From the human T2T-CHM13v2.0 reference genome, Homo sapiens, in the NCBI RefSeq assembly GCF_009914755.1, contig NC_060947.1: a stretch of DNA of 64,000 nucleotides. The stretch is one strand, 5' to 3'. Position numbers and translations under genes: made by a program. Shown piece after piece: positions 42,075 to 55,139 of the stretch. Within the stretch, counting starts at the first letter, position 1. Every line of letters starts with the position of its first letter. The notes beneath the pieces are model-generated. The model had not been told where the DNA came from. It did no database searches and saw only the letters and a program-made list of their open reading frames with translations.

Positions 42075-43667
42075 TCATTTTAATGGGTTATGTTACAGGG
42101 TTGAGGTCAGCCTACAGACACAAAATAGGTTAACTGAAAAATTTTTTTTTTGTATCAGGTTTTAATTTTTTCATTGAAACAGGATTTGGTGGTGGGGATA
42201 CTAAATGTGGCAGGGTTCAACAAATTTACATTTTATCAAAATAAAGTTCTTAAAGAATACAATGATAGCATATGCTTTAACTCTTATAGCACAAACCCAC
42301 ATATTAATTGATGGTCACAGAAAAATACTGTAATGGTTTAAACAAAAGTTTTAAAATACATCAATGACACAAGTTTCAAACAAAATGCAGTGATCAAAAT
42401 ACTTAACTGTCCTTTCATCAAGCTTTTACAAACACAATCAGTCTTCACTGTCTAAGCAAATCAGTTTTAGTTTCTTCATGGTCCTCCATCTGTCTTTTAA
42501 TATGACACTTGTCCGGTTGTTGAATTATAATGCAATAGTATTTTAGACCAGTTTCCCTCTCCATGTTTCCTCACGCCAGATCTCAAATTCTTGTCTTCTT
42601 CCCAAAGCCATGCTTGTTTTTTTTTAGCTTGATGTTTTTCAGGAGTTACCAGTTGACTCTTTGAAATAGGTATTCTGCTTTCAGTGGCTCTTCTGCTTTC
42701 TTTTTTCTTTTTTGTACTTTGAAGAGTTCCTACTCTCCTTTCTTTCTTATTAAGGTCTTGTTGCTGGGTTCCATGTTGCAACTTAGATAAGAAAAGATTC
42801 TTGTGAGACCTTTTTCTTGTATCCAAATTAGCTTCAGTTTCCATTTCAACATCATTACCATTAGGTTTATCTTGAGAAATTATTGTTCTTGTTCTTTTAC
42901 TTTCTACTACTTTTGCTGCTGCCTTCATTAGAAAGGTTGATGATTTTTCACTTAGCACATAATTCACATAACTCTTAATTTTCTCCATCATGTGATTGTA
43001 GCTGAAGTGTTGAAAAAAGGAATGAAATGTATCTTTCTGAGAGATTATCATAAGCAATTTGCTTTTGAGAGGCATATAAGAATTTGGATCACCAAATATT
43101 CTTTCAAAGACTTCTTCTGCTTCTGTAAAGTTGTCATTTTCCATACAAACAGCTATAGCCTGAATTTTAATTAAATTCTATATTTCTTCATGAAGTTTGT
43201 CATGTTCCTTTTCAATTGAACCCCAAATCATCAGGGCTGATTCCAAGGGTGTAATTCGTTCATCATTTTCAAACTGTACATCAAGGGTTTTTCCTGCTGC
43301 AATGCTTGTCAAAAACTGACATATGCATATTGTTCTCAACTGGTAAGCTGTTAGACTGGATAGTCCATGAATAATAGCCTCTGCGCTGTTGCGGGTCCGG
43401 CAGAAGTCCTCAGGGCGGCCGTCGCGGAAAGCTCAGCAAAGAGAGAGGCAGAGGAAATCGAGCATCCAGCCAGCAGCCACAGCCTCGGCCTCAGCCACCA
43501 GGCCCGGGTCCTCCTCCTCCTCCTCGGGGGCTCCCACCTGCACCCAGCACTCGAGCAGTTCCTGGCACTCGAACTGCTCCTCGTCGTTTCTCTCTGTTTC
43601 TGCCATCTGCTCCTCAGTAGGGTTGGCATCCCTACCATCTGCACAGCCCCAAGGGCTCGGGGCCCAG

Positions 43668-45000
43668 CTTTAAATTTTTTGAGCCTTCCTAAAAGCCAGA
43701 TGTTATCAGCAGCTGAACAGCATCTACAGAAACCAGCTGCAAAGACAGAAGCAGAACAACTGGTTTGGTGGAAATATCCAATACCAAAAAGTTGAGAAAT
43801 CGGTAAAATAATAACTTGGGGTAGAGGTTATGCTTGTGTTTCTCCAGGCCAAAATCAACACTGATTTGGATACCCTCAGGACACCTGAAACCTTATCATG
43901 AACCAGATGCTGAGGAAGAGATTCTGGGAGGATCCCGAGTACCCCCCAGTTGCAGTCATGTCAAGACTGATGCTCAGGAGGATCCCAACTGTCATGAGCA
44001 ACACCCATCGAACACAGCCATCCACCTGGGAACAGATCAAGAAGCTGTCACAGATGGTGGGAGAAAACCTGAGGAAAGCGGGACAACCAGTCACAATGAG
44101 TAATTTAATGGTAGCTATGATAGCAGTGATCACCATTGCCGTGAGTATTCCTTCAACAAGGGCTGACACAGAGATCAGTTATACTTATTGGGCATATTTG
44201 TCAATTTTGGCTGGCAATAATGCCTGGATATAATCACTTTATGACACAGTTACACATGCTTTCTGGTCTCAATATTTACCATAATAAGTCTGCTCCTATA
44301 ATTGAGGCATACCACCCTCAAAAATCTATTTGTAAACAAAATTGAACCTGGCCAGAAAAAATGAATGTACTTTTTTAGGAAGGTTGCATTGCAGAACAGG
44401 CAGAGGTGCTGCACAACGATTCCTATGGAATCATTATTGATTGGTCCCCTAAGGGGATGTTTAGCTTGAATTGCACCTCTTAGTCTGCATGTCACAGCCA
44501 CACTGTGTTCAACTGGTCTGAACAGAATGGTCAGATGGTACAAATGGTAAGACGTATGGCAAGAGTTCCTATTATCTGGAACCATGGCAGTATAGGGGCA
44601 CCTCAACCTCAAATGATATGGCCCATTGTAGGAGCTAAACATAAGGATTTGTGGCAACTGTTAATAGCTCTTAATAAGATCAAAATTTGGGAAAGAATAA
44701 AAAAGCATCTAGAAGGACACTCTGCAAACTTGTCTTTGGATATTGCAAAATATATATATATATTTAAAGCATCCCAGGCACACCTGACCTTAATGCCAGA
44801 ACTGGAGTGCTCGAAGGAGCTGCAGACAGATTAGCAGCTAGTAACCCATTAAAATGGATAAAAACACTTAGAAGCTCTGTGATTTCAATGATGATTGTGC
44901 TTTTAATCTGTGTTGTTTGTCTTTATATAGTCTGCAGATGCTGATCTTGACTCCTGTGAGAAGTAGCTCACCGTGACAAAGCTGCCTTTGCTTTTATCGC
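43668..45000 (+). pseudogene. HML-3 integrase C-terminus and deleted env remnants
   Basis: LNFLSLPKSQMLSAAEQHL...WW; ITWGRGYACV; env leader TQPSTWEQIKKL...YTYWAY; TM piece WERIKKHLEGH. Confidence 0.8.
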
Positions 45001-45024
45001 TTTGCAAAACAAAGAAGGGGGACA

Positions 45025-45526
45025 AGTTGGGAACAGGCCCCAAAATCTGGCCATAAACTGGCCCCTAAACTGGTCATAAACAAAATCTCTGCAGCACTGT
45101 CACATGCTTGTGATAGCCTGACGCCCACGCTGGAAGGCTGTCGGTTTACCGGAATGAGGGCAAGGAACAGCTGGCCCACCCAGGGCGGAAAACCACTTAA
45201 GGCATTCTTAAACCACAAACAATAGCATGAGCTATCTGTGCCTTAAGGACATGTTCATGCTGCAGATAACTAGCCAGAGCCCATCCCTTTACCTCGGCCC
45301 ATCCCTTTATTTCCCATAAGGAATACTTATAGTTAATCTATAGAAACAATGCTTATCACTGGCTTGCTGTCAATAAATATGTGGGTAAATCTCTGTTCAA
45401 GGCTCTCAGCTCTGAAGGCTGTGAGACCCCTGATTTCCCACTCCACAATCTATATTTCTGTGTGTGTGTCTTTAATTCCTGTAGCGCCGCTGGGTTAGGG
45501 TCTCCCCGACCGAGCTGGTCTCGGCA
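45025..45526 (+). mobile_element. 3' LTR (MER9-like), preceded by PPT aaaacaaagaagggggac
   Basis: Direct repeat of the 5' LTR, ends in ca followed by the TSD. Confidence 0.92.
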
Positions 45527-48500
45527 CATATTCATAAATTATTTGCCTGGGCCAATGTCCAGAAGAATTTTTCATAGTTTTTCTACTAGAATTTTAATGT
45601 TTTCATGTCTTAAATTTAAGTATTTGATCCATCTTGAGTTGATTTTTATAAAAGGTGAGATATAGGGATCCAGTGTCATTCTTCTACATGTGGATATCCA
45701 GTTTACCCAGCATGATTTATTAAATAGAGTGTCTTTTTCTCAATTTATATTTTTGTATGCTTTGTTGGAGATCAGTAGGTTGTAGGTGTTAGGCTTTATT
45801 TCTGGGTTCTCTATTCTATTCCATTTGTGTATCTACTTTTATGCCAGTACTGTGATGTCTTGGTAACTGTAGTCTTGTAGTATAATTTGAAGTCAGGTAA
45901 TGTTATGGCTCCAGATTGGCTATTTTTACTTAGGACTGCTTTGGCTGTTTGTACTCTTGTGGTTCCCTATGAATTTTAGGATTAACTTTTTAAATCTCTA
46001 AAAAATAATGTTGGTATTTTGATAAGAATTACATCGAATCTGTAGATTGCTTTGAGCTGTATTCTCATTTCCGCTATATTGATTCTTTCAATCCATGAGC
46101 ATGGGATGTGTTTTCATTTGTGTCCTCTACGATTTCTTTTAGTACTTTTGTAGTTGTCATTGTAGAGCTCTTTTACCCCATTGGTTAAGTATATTCCTAG
46201 GTGTTTTTTTTTTTTTTTTTTTTTTTTTTTGTAGCTATTGTAACAGGGATTGAGTCCCTGATTTCCTTCTCAGCTTGGTCATTGGTTATAGCAGGGCTAC
46301 TGATTTGTGTATACTGATTTTGTAACTTGAGACTACTGAATTCATTTATCAAATATAGTTGTCTTTTGGAGGAGTCTTTAGGGATTTCTACATATAAAAT
46401 CCTATCATTGGCAAACAGGAATATTTTCACTCCTTCTTTTCCAATTTGAATAACCTTTATTTCTTTCTCTTGCCTGATTGCTCTGGCTATGACTTCCAGT
46501 ACTATGTTAAATAGAAGTAGTGAAAGTGGCCATCATTGACTTGTTCCAGTTCTCAGCGGGAATGCTTTCAACTTTTCCTGATTTACTATGATAAAGTCTG
46601 TGGGTTTGTCATATATGGCTTTTATAATTTTGAGGTATGTCCCTTCTATACTTAGTTTGTTAAGGATTTTTATATTAAAGTTATGCTGGAATTTATTGAA
46701 TGCTTTCTCTGAATCTATTAAGATGATCATATGGTTTTTGTTTTAATTCTGTTTATGTGATGTATCACATTTATTGACTGACTTGTGTTAAACCATTCCT
46801 GCATCCCTAGGATGAAACCCACTTTACCATAGCGTATTATCTTTTTTGAGGTGCTGTTGGATTCAGTTTGCTAGTATTTTTGTGAGGTTGTTTGCATCTG
46901 TGTCCATCAGGGATATTGGTCTGTCATTTTTTTTGTTGTTTTTATGTTCTTTACTGGTTTTTGTATCAGGGTGATACTGGTTTCATCAAATGAGTTAGGG
47001 AAGTTTCCCTGTTAATCTTTTGTAATAGTTTCAGTAGGATTGGTACCAATTCTTCTTTGAATGTCTGGTATAATTCAGCTGTGAATCATCTGGAGCTGGG
47101 CTTTATTTTTGGCAATTTTTAACTTACTGATTCAGTCTCGCTGCTTGTTAATGGTCGTTCAGGGTATATATTTCTTCCTGATTTAATCTAGGAAGGCCAT
47201 ATGTTTCAAGGAATTTATTCATTTCCTCTAGATTTTCTAGTTTGTGTGCATAGAGGTGTTCACAGTAGTTTCAAATGATCTTTTGTATTTCTTTGGTGTC
47301 AGTTTTAATGTCTCCATTTTCATTTCTAATTGAGCTTATTTGAATCTTCTCTCTTCTTTTCTTGGTTAATCTACCTAATGCTCTATCAACTTTTTTAATC
47401 TTTCCAAATAATCAAGTTTTCGTTTTGTTGATCTTTTTGATTTCATTTTATTTTTGTTTCAGTGTCATTAGTTGTGTTCTGATCTTTGTTATTTCTTTTC
47501 TTCTGCTGGCTTTTAGTTTGGTTCATTATTGTTTTTCTAGTTCCTTGAGGTGTGACCTTAGGTTGTCAATTTGTGATGTTTCAGATTTTTTGATGTAGGC
47601 ATTTAGTACTATAGACTTTCCTTTTAGCACTGCTTTTGCTGTAACTCAGGGATTTTGATAACCTGTGTCATTATTATTAATCATTTTGAATAATGTTTAA
47701 ATTTCCATCTTGATTCCATTGTTAACCCAAAAGTCAGTCAGGAGCAGATTGTTTAATTTTCATGTATTTGTATAGTTTTGAGGGTTCCTTTCAGAGTGGA
47801 TTGCTAGTTTTATTCCACTGTGTTCTGAAAAGTTACTGGGTATGATTTCAATTTATTAAAATGTTTTGAGACTTGTGGCCTATTATATGCTCTATTTTGG
47901 ACAATGTTTTATGTGCTGATGAAAAGAAAGTATATTCTGTTGTTCTTGGGTAGAAGTTCTGTAAATATCTGTTAGGTCCATTTGTTCTGGAGTGCAGCTT
48001 AAATTCAGTGTTTCTTTGTTGACTTTCTGCCTTGAGGATCTGTCCAGTGCTGTCAGTGGAGTGCTGAAGTTCCCCACTATTATTGTGTTGCTGTCTATGT
48101 TTTTTCTTAGGACTAGTAGTAATTGTTTTATGAATCTAGGATCTCCAGAGTTAGGTGCATGTATATTTAGGATTGTAATTTTTTTTTGTGGGATTGATCC
48201 TTTTATCATTTCATCATGACTTTCTTTGTATTTTTTTATTGTTGTTGCTTTAAAGTTTGTTTTATCTGATACAAGAATAGATACTCCTGCTCTCTTTTGG
48301 TTTCCATTTGCATTTAGTATATATTCTATCCCTTGTACCTTGAGTCTATATGAGTCCTTACATATTAGGCGAGTCTCTTGAAGATAGCATACATTTGGTT
48401 TGTGATTTTTAAACTCTATTCTGCCAATCTGTTATCTTTTAAGTGGAGCATTTAGGCCATTTATATTCAAGGTTAATGTTGGAGTGTGAGGTGCTGTTCT

Positions 48501-49575
48501 ATTCATCATATTAGTTGATACCTATACTTTGTTTTCTTCATTGTGTTATTGTTTCATAGGCCCTCTGAGTTTTATGCTTTCAAGAGGTTCTATTCTGTTG
48601 GATATTGATCTTTTGTTTCAAGATTTAGAACTAATTTTAGCATTTCTTGTAGAGCTGGTCTGGTAGTGATAAATTCTCTCAGCATTTGTCAGAAAAAGAC
48701 TATTTATCTTCCATGTATGAAACTTAGTTTTGCTGGATACCAAATTCTTGACTGACAGTCATTCTGTTTAAGGAGGCTAAAGATAGGGCCCCATTCCCTT
48801 CTGGCTTGTAAAGTTTCTGCTTAGAAGCCTGCTGTTAGTCTGATAGGTTTTCCTTCTTAGGTTACCTGATGCTTTTATCTCACTTCTCTTTGAGTTTAGA
48901 AAGCCTAATGACTGTTTGCCTTGGTGATACCCTTTTTGCAATGAGTCTCTCAGGATTTCTCTCAGGCTTCTTGTATTTGGGTATCTAAATCTCTATCAAG
49001 GTCCGGGAGCTTTTCCTCGATTATTCCCTAAAATAAGTTTTCCAAACTTTTTGCTTTCTCTTCTCCCTCAGGAACACCATTCCTTTTTAGATTTAGCCCT
49101 TTTACACAATCCCATGTTTTTTGGAGACTTTGTTCATTTATTTTGATATTTAAAAAAATTGTCTGAGTTAATTCAAAAGCCTTGTCTTTGAACTGTGAAA
49201 TTCATTCTTCTACCAGGTCTAGTGTATTCTTAAAACTTTCCACTACATTTTGTAATTCCCTAAATGTGTAATTCATTTGCAAAAGTTCTGATTGTTTTTT
49301 CTTTAAAATATCCATCTTTTAGAAAATTTTTCATTCATATTCTGATTTTTTTTAACATTTCTTCAGATTGGTTTTTACATTTCTTTCGTATCTCCTTTAG
49401 TAGCTTAACAATCAACCTTTTGAATTTTTTATCTGGTTTTTCAATGATTTCTCTTGGTTTGGATCCATTCTTGGAGAGTTAGTGTGAATTTTTGAGGGTG
49501 TTATAGAACCCTATTTTGCCACATTGCCAAAATTACTTTTTTGGTTCCTTCTCATTTGGCTAGACTATTTTTTCT

Positions 49576-52073
49576 TTTTCTTTTTCTTTTTTTTTTTTAA
49601 GTATTTATTGATCATTCTTGGGTGTTTCTCAGAGAGGGGGATGTGGCAGGGTCATAGGATAATAGTGGAGAGAAGGTCAGCAGATAAACACGAGAACAAA
49701 GGTCTCTGGTTTTCCTAGGCAGAGGTCCCTGCAGCCTTCGGCCCTGTTTGTGTCCCTGGGTACTTGAGATTAGGGAGTGGTGATGACTCTTAATGAGCAT
49801 GCTGTCTTCAAGCATCTGTTTAACAAAGCACATCTTTCACCGCCCTTAATCCATTTAACCCTGAGTTGACACAGCACATGTTTCAGAGAGCAGGGGGTTG
49901 GGGGTAAGGTTATAGTTTAACAGCATCCCAAGGCAGAAGAATTTTTCTTAGTACAGAACAAAATGGAGTCTCCTACGTCCACTTCTTTCTACACAGACAC
50001 AGTAACAATCTGATCTCTCTTTCTTTTCCCCACATTTCCCCCTTTTCTTTTCAACAAAACCGCCATCATCATCATGGCCCGTTCTCGATGGTCACTATCT
50101 CTTCGGAGCTGATGGGCACACTTCCCAGATGGGGCGGCCTGGCAGAGGCGCTCCTCACTTCCCAGACGGAGCGGCCGGGCAGAGGAGCTCCTCACTTCCC
50201 AGACGGGGCGGCCGGGCAGAGGCGCTCCTCACTTCCCAGACGGGGCAGCCGGGCAGAGGTGCACCTCACTTCCCAGATGGGGTGGCGGCCAGGCAGAGGT
50301 GCTCCTCACCTCCCAGATGGGGTGGCAGCTGGGCAAAGGCGCTCCCCACATCCCAGATGATGGGTGGCCAGGCAGAGGCGCTCCCCACCTCCCAGACGGG
50401 GCAGCCCGGCAGAGGCGCTCCCCACCTCCCAGACGAAGAGCGGCCGGGCAGAGGCGCCCCCCACTTCCCAGACGGGGCGGCCAGGCAGAGGTGCTCCTCA
50501 CATCCCAGATGGGGCAGCCGGGCAGAGGCGCTCCTCACCTCCCAGACGGGACGGCCGGGCAGAGGCGCTCCCCACTTCCCAGATGAAGAGCGGCCGGGCA
50601 GAGGTGCCCCCCACTTCCCAGATGGGGCGGCCGGGCAGAGGCGCTCCTCACATCCCAGACGGGGCTACTGGTCAGAGGCGCTCCTCACATCCCAGATGGG
50701 GCGGCTGGGCAGAGATGCCCCTCACCTCCCAGACGGGGCAGCCAGGCAGAGGCACCCACTTCCCCGACGCGGTGGCCGGGCAGAGGTGCTCCCCACCTCC
50801 CAGATGAAGGGCGGCTGGGCAGAGGCACCCACTTCCCAGACGGGGCGGCTGGGCAGAGGTGCTCCCCACCTCCCAGATGGGGTGGCTGGGCAGAGGCACT
50901 CCCCACCTCCCAGATGAAGGGCAGCCAGGCAGAGGCGCCCCTCACCTCCCAGGCAGGGTGGCCGGGCAGAGGCGCCCCTCACCTCCCAGACAGGGCGGCC
51001 GGGCAGAGACGCCCCTCACCTCCCGGACGGGGAGGCCGGGCAGAGGCACCCACTTCCCAGATGGGGCGGCCGGGCAGAGGCGCTCCCCACCTGCCAGATG
51101 AAGGGCGGCCGGGCAGATGCGCCCCTCACTTCCCAGGCAGGGCGGCCGGGTAGAGACGCTCCTCACTTCCCAGAGGGGGCGGCCAGGCAGAGGCGCTCCT
51201 CACTTCCCATTCGGGGCAGCCAGGCAGAGGCGCTCCTCACTTCCTCCCAGACGAGGCAGCCAGGCAGAGGCGCTCCTCACTTCCTCCCAGACGGGGCGGC
51301 CAGGCAGAGGCGCTCCTCACTTCCCATTCGGGGCAGCCGGGCAGAGGTGCTCCTCACTTCCTCCCAGACGGGGCAGCCGGGCAGAGGCACTCCTCACTTC
51401 CCAGACGGGGCGGCTGGGCAGAGGCACTCCTCACATCCCAGATGATGGGCAGCCAGGCAGAGACGCTCCTCACTTCCTAGACAGGGTGGCAGCCTGGCAG
51501 AAGCGCTCCTCACCTCTCAGATGGGACGGCCGGGCAGAGGGGCTTCTCACGTCCCAGACGATGGGTGGCCAGGCAGAGACGCTCCTCACTTCCTAGACGG
51601 GGTGTCCGACAGGCAGAGGCTGTAATCCTAGCACCTTGGGAGGCCAAGGCAGGCGGCTGGGAGGTGGAGGTTGTAGCGAGCCGAGATCACGCCACTGCAC
51701 TCCAGCCTGGGCAACATTGAGCATTGAGTGAGCGAGACTCCGTCTGCAATCCCAGCACCTCGGGAGGCCGAGGCGGGCAGATCACCTGAGGCCAGGAGCT
51801 GGAGACCAGCCCGGTCAACACGGCGAAACCCCGTCTCCACCAAAAATACAAAAACCAGTCAGGAGTGGCGGTGTGTGCCTGGAATCCCAGGCACTCGGCA
51901 GGCCGAGGCAGGAGAATCACTGGAGCCCGAGGCAGGGAGGTTGCAGCGAGCTGAGATCATGGCGGCACAGTCCAGGCTCTGCAAGAGAGGGTGACCATAG
52001 AAAGAGGGAGACGAGAGGGAGAGGGAGACCGTAGAAAGAGGGAGACGAGAGGGAGAGGGAGAGGGAGAGGGAG
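49576..52073 (-). mobile_element. Full-length SVA, probably an old subfamily (SVA_A-like)
   Basis: On the minus strand: CCCTCT hexamers (~52048-52073), Alu-like region (~51600-51990), GC-rich VNTR (~50120-51600), SINE-R (~49600-50120), poly(A); TSD gactattttttct at 49563-49575 and 52074-52086. Confidence 0.93.
50120..51600 (-). repeat. SVA VNTR, ~35-42-bp GC-rich units
   Basis: Repeated gggcagaggcgctcctcacttcccagacggggcggcc variants. Confidence 0.95.
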
Positions 52074-54589
52074 GACTATTTTTTCTAATTATTCTTGAAT
52101 TGATTTTTTATTAAACTGTGTTTTAAAAATTTCTTTCCCCCTTTAAGGATTTGAGTTTAATGTTTACAGTTTATTGTAGCCTATTCAGTTCTCGGTGCTT
52201 TCAAGGCTGAAGACTCTGTATGAGTTCCTTGGTTATAGAGAGTCTTTGTATGTTAACTTCCCCAGATGCTTGTTTTAGTAGCAGTGTGCTTGGTATATGA
52301 TTAAGTTCACTGTTTCCTGTGGGGTTGGAGTGGCAGAGGTATCTTTTGAAACTTGTCTCTTTCCCCTGTAGTCTGCACTTTTTTATGTATTTATTTTTCT
52401 TCTGTATTTTATTTATTGGGTTGAATAGTTTACGCTTCAAGTCAGTAGAGGGGGTGTCCCCAGATAGAAACTGGCTGTGTCTAAAACAGGTGGATAAATA
52501 GAATACCCCATGGTGGGAAGAGGTCCCAGCCTTGAAAACAGTGGCTGGAGGAGCTCTCAGTGTAATGCACTAAGGTCTTATCAGGGGGAAGGGTGGGAGC
52601 CATGTCAGCTCCCCTGCCAGGCTAGCCGGAAAGCAATCCCATTGCCAGTCACACTCCTGACTCAGTGTTTCAGCTATTCAGATCAGACAGATACCTCTTT
52701 TTATCTGAAAGAATATTGATAGTCCAAGTAGAGAAGTATTGTGACTCTACTCCTCATGTAAGCCTGAACCTGGAGGGCACTACTTCTGTGGGGATACAGT
52801 CACCTTGAAGTGTTCCAGAAAAGCTGTCTACAGATGCACCCATGCTGAGCTCCCATGGTGGAAGCCCATGCTTTGTCTTCAATGGTGGATGAGTGGGAAA
52901 AGAAGTCCCCTTCTCCAAGACCCTTCACAAGCACCAGGGCTGCCTGACTGTTAAGGTAGAACCGCAGACTTTCCCTGCTGAGCCCAGCACCTTACCTGTA
53001 CCTCTGCTGAAGGAAACTTCCCACAAGTAGAAATTTCTGGAATGCAAGGCCTTCCATCTGGATTTTTTTTTTTTTGTCCTACAAGGGTGCTACTTTGATG
53101 TGGTACGCTGCCACTTCCCCTAGGAGTAGGAGTCCCTGAGAGCCAGACTACTCTGAATGCTGCCGCTTCTCTGGGTCTAGCTGCCCAGTGGAGCTGGCAC
53201 ATTCCAGGCTGTTGCTGGGGAGTGTCTGCTGGGGATCCAGTGATATGGCCTGTCTTCAAGTCTCCCAGCAGTGGGTACCAACACCAGCACTGATGGGGGT
53301 GACAGGGGAGTGATGTCGACTCTTTGAATTTCCTTGGTTATAAATAGCCTTAGTATGACAGCTTTCTGTAATGCCAGTTGCAGTAGTAATTATCTGGTCA
53401 TGTGGACAGACTCAGGACCTCCTGGTTAGCCAGGATGCTGCAGGCAGTGGTCACAGCTGAGGTCACACACAAGTTTTTTCCTTTCTAGACACTGTTATTC
53501 TACCTGGAGATGCTGTAGTGGACTGTATTGGTTGGCCTCCAGCCAAGAGATAGTGATTGCAAGAGAGCACCAGCTGTGGTGGTAGTGGTGAGATTTGTGC
53601 TTGCTTTACATTACCCAGGGGAGGTACTTTGGTGTCTCAGGCAATGGTGGGACCATAGAGCTCCCAAAAGTTTCTGCGTTTTGTGTTAAGCTGGTGGAGG
53701 AGCAAAAGCAGGTGTGGGCTACATCAGACTGGTCTGTGCTCTGTCTTCCACATGCTGGGCAAGAAGTGGCCCTCACAGACTATGTAGACAAATTGGTACA
53801 CTGTGGGTAAAAGTTCCAAGTATGCAAAACAATCTTATTAGTTAGAACATTCCAAGACCTCAATTTCCAGTAGCTGGACAAGGACCATTCATGACAATAG
53901 ACCCTTCTGAAAATGTACAAGTTTGAGCAACTCAGACCTACTGAGTCAACTGTTTCCTGTACAGTCTACCTTCCTGGCCCTAGGCTCAGGCTCTCTTAAA
54001 GGAAAACTACTGTATTTTATAATAGATATATTAATAATATTAGCATGAGAATGTCCAACATTTGGAGGAGCTGGTGCAAGATATAGACTTGAAGAAACAA
54101 TTAATTCACCGATAAAGCCATTGTATACATCTTCATATTTTCTTCATATTTTTGTAGTAATTTGATTGCTTCTTCCCTTGGTCTAATGATACTTGTGCTT
54201 TATGATAAACTTACCTATAGTTATTTAGCATATTAATTAGCTGGTGGTTAACTAGATCTAGTTCCTCAAGCCAATAATTTTTCACTGATATCAGATCCTG
54301 AGGAGGCTTTAATTAAATTTCACAATACATATAATTACCATTATTTGTATTATATGACTTATTAACATAAGGTAATAGAACCCTACCAGCAATGCTAATG
54401 TTATACCATATCGTGCAATGGCAGTAGTACAGTTCTGTTTCATTCCACAAGTCAGTAAGAGTTATTATACCTTACCCAACATAATTGGCTCTTGACCACT
54501 TAGCAGATGTTCTTAGGGACAGATGTCATCACAAGGGACCAGGATGCCTTTATTTCCAGGTTCCAAGTAAGATGGCAACTGATGGCTTT

Positions 54590-54962
54590 AACACAGACTG
54601 GGTGGCTTTAACAGCAGAAATTTATTTTCTCATAGTTCTGGAGGCTAGAAGTCCAATATTAAGGTGTTGACAGGCTTAGTGTCTTCTGAGATCTCTCTTT
54701 GGCTTGCAGGTACCCACCTTCTTGGTTGTCCTTACAGGATCTTTCCTCTGTGTATGTGACTCTGGTTTTTCTTTGTATATCCAAATTTTCTCTTCATATA
54801 AGGACACCAGTCAGATTGGATTAGGGCCCATCCTAAAAGGCTTCATTTTAACTAAATTGCCTCTTTAAAGGCCCTATTTCCAAATATAGTCACATTCTGA
54901 GGTACTAGGAGTTAGGGCTTCAACAGGAATTTTAGGCAGGGACACAATTCAGCCCATTAATA
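54590..54962 (-). mobile_element. MLT1-family (MaLR) LTR
   Basis: ctgggtggctttaacagcagaaatttattttctcatagttctggaggctagaagtcc...gacacaattcagcccat. Confidence 0.8.
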
Positions 54963-55139
54963 TATGAAGACAAAACTAGTCATATTGTCATGATTTTACT
55001 GAAATGTTCCATTGTATACTGTTATGTACTATCTCTTTCTCATGGTAAGTCTGAGTGTAATTCACAATGGTTCCTATTTCTGTGAACTGCATTACAGGAT
55101 ACAACTTATTTTAAACCATTCTTGGAGTGAGGGCAGGCA

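Noticed and set aside
50088-51596. Many overlapping ORFs up to 262 aa and a regularly spaced repeat array
   Set aside because: Translation artefacts of the GC-rich SVA VNTR; there are no unique spacers, so this is neither a CRISPR array nor a gene.
53963-54590. Possible ERV internal remnant next to the MER21/77-like LTR
   Set aside because: Too degenerate to assign by eye; no recognisable protein motif.
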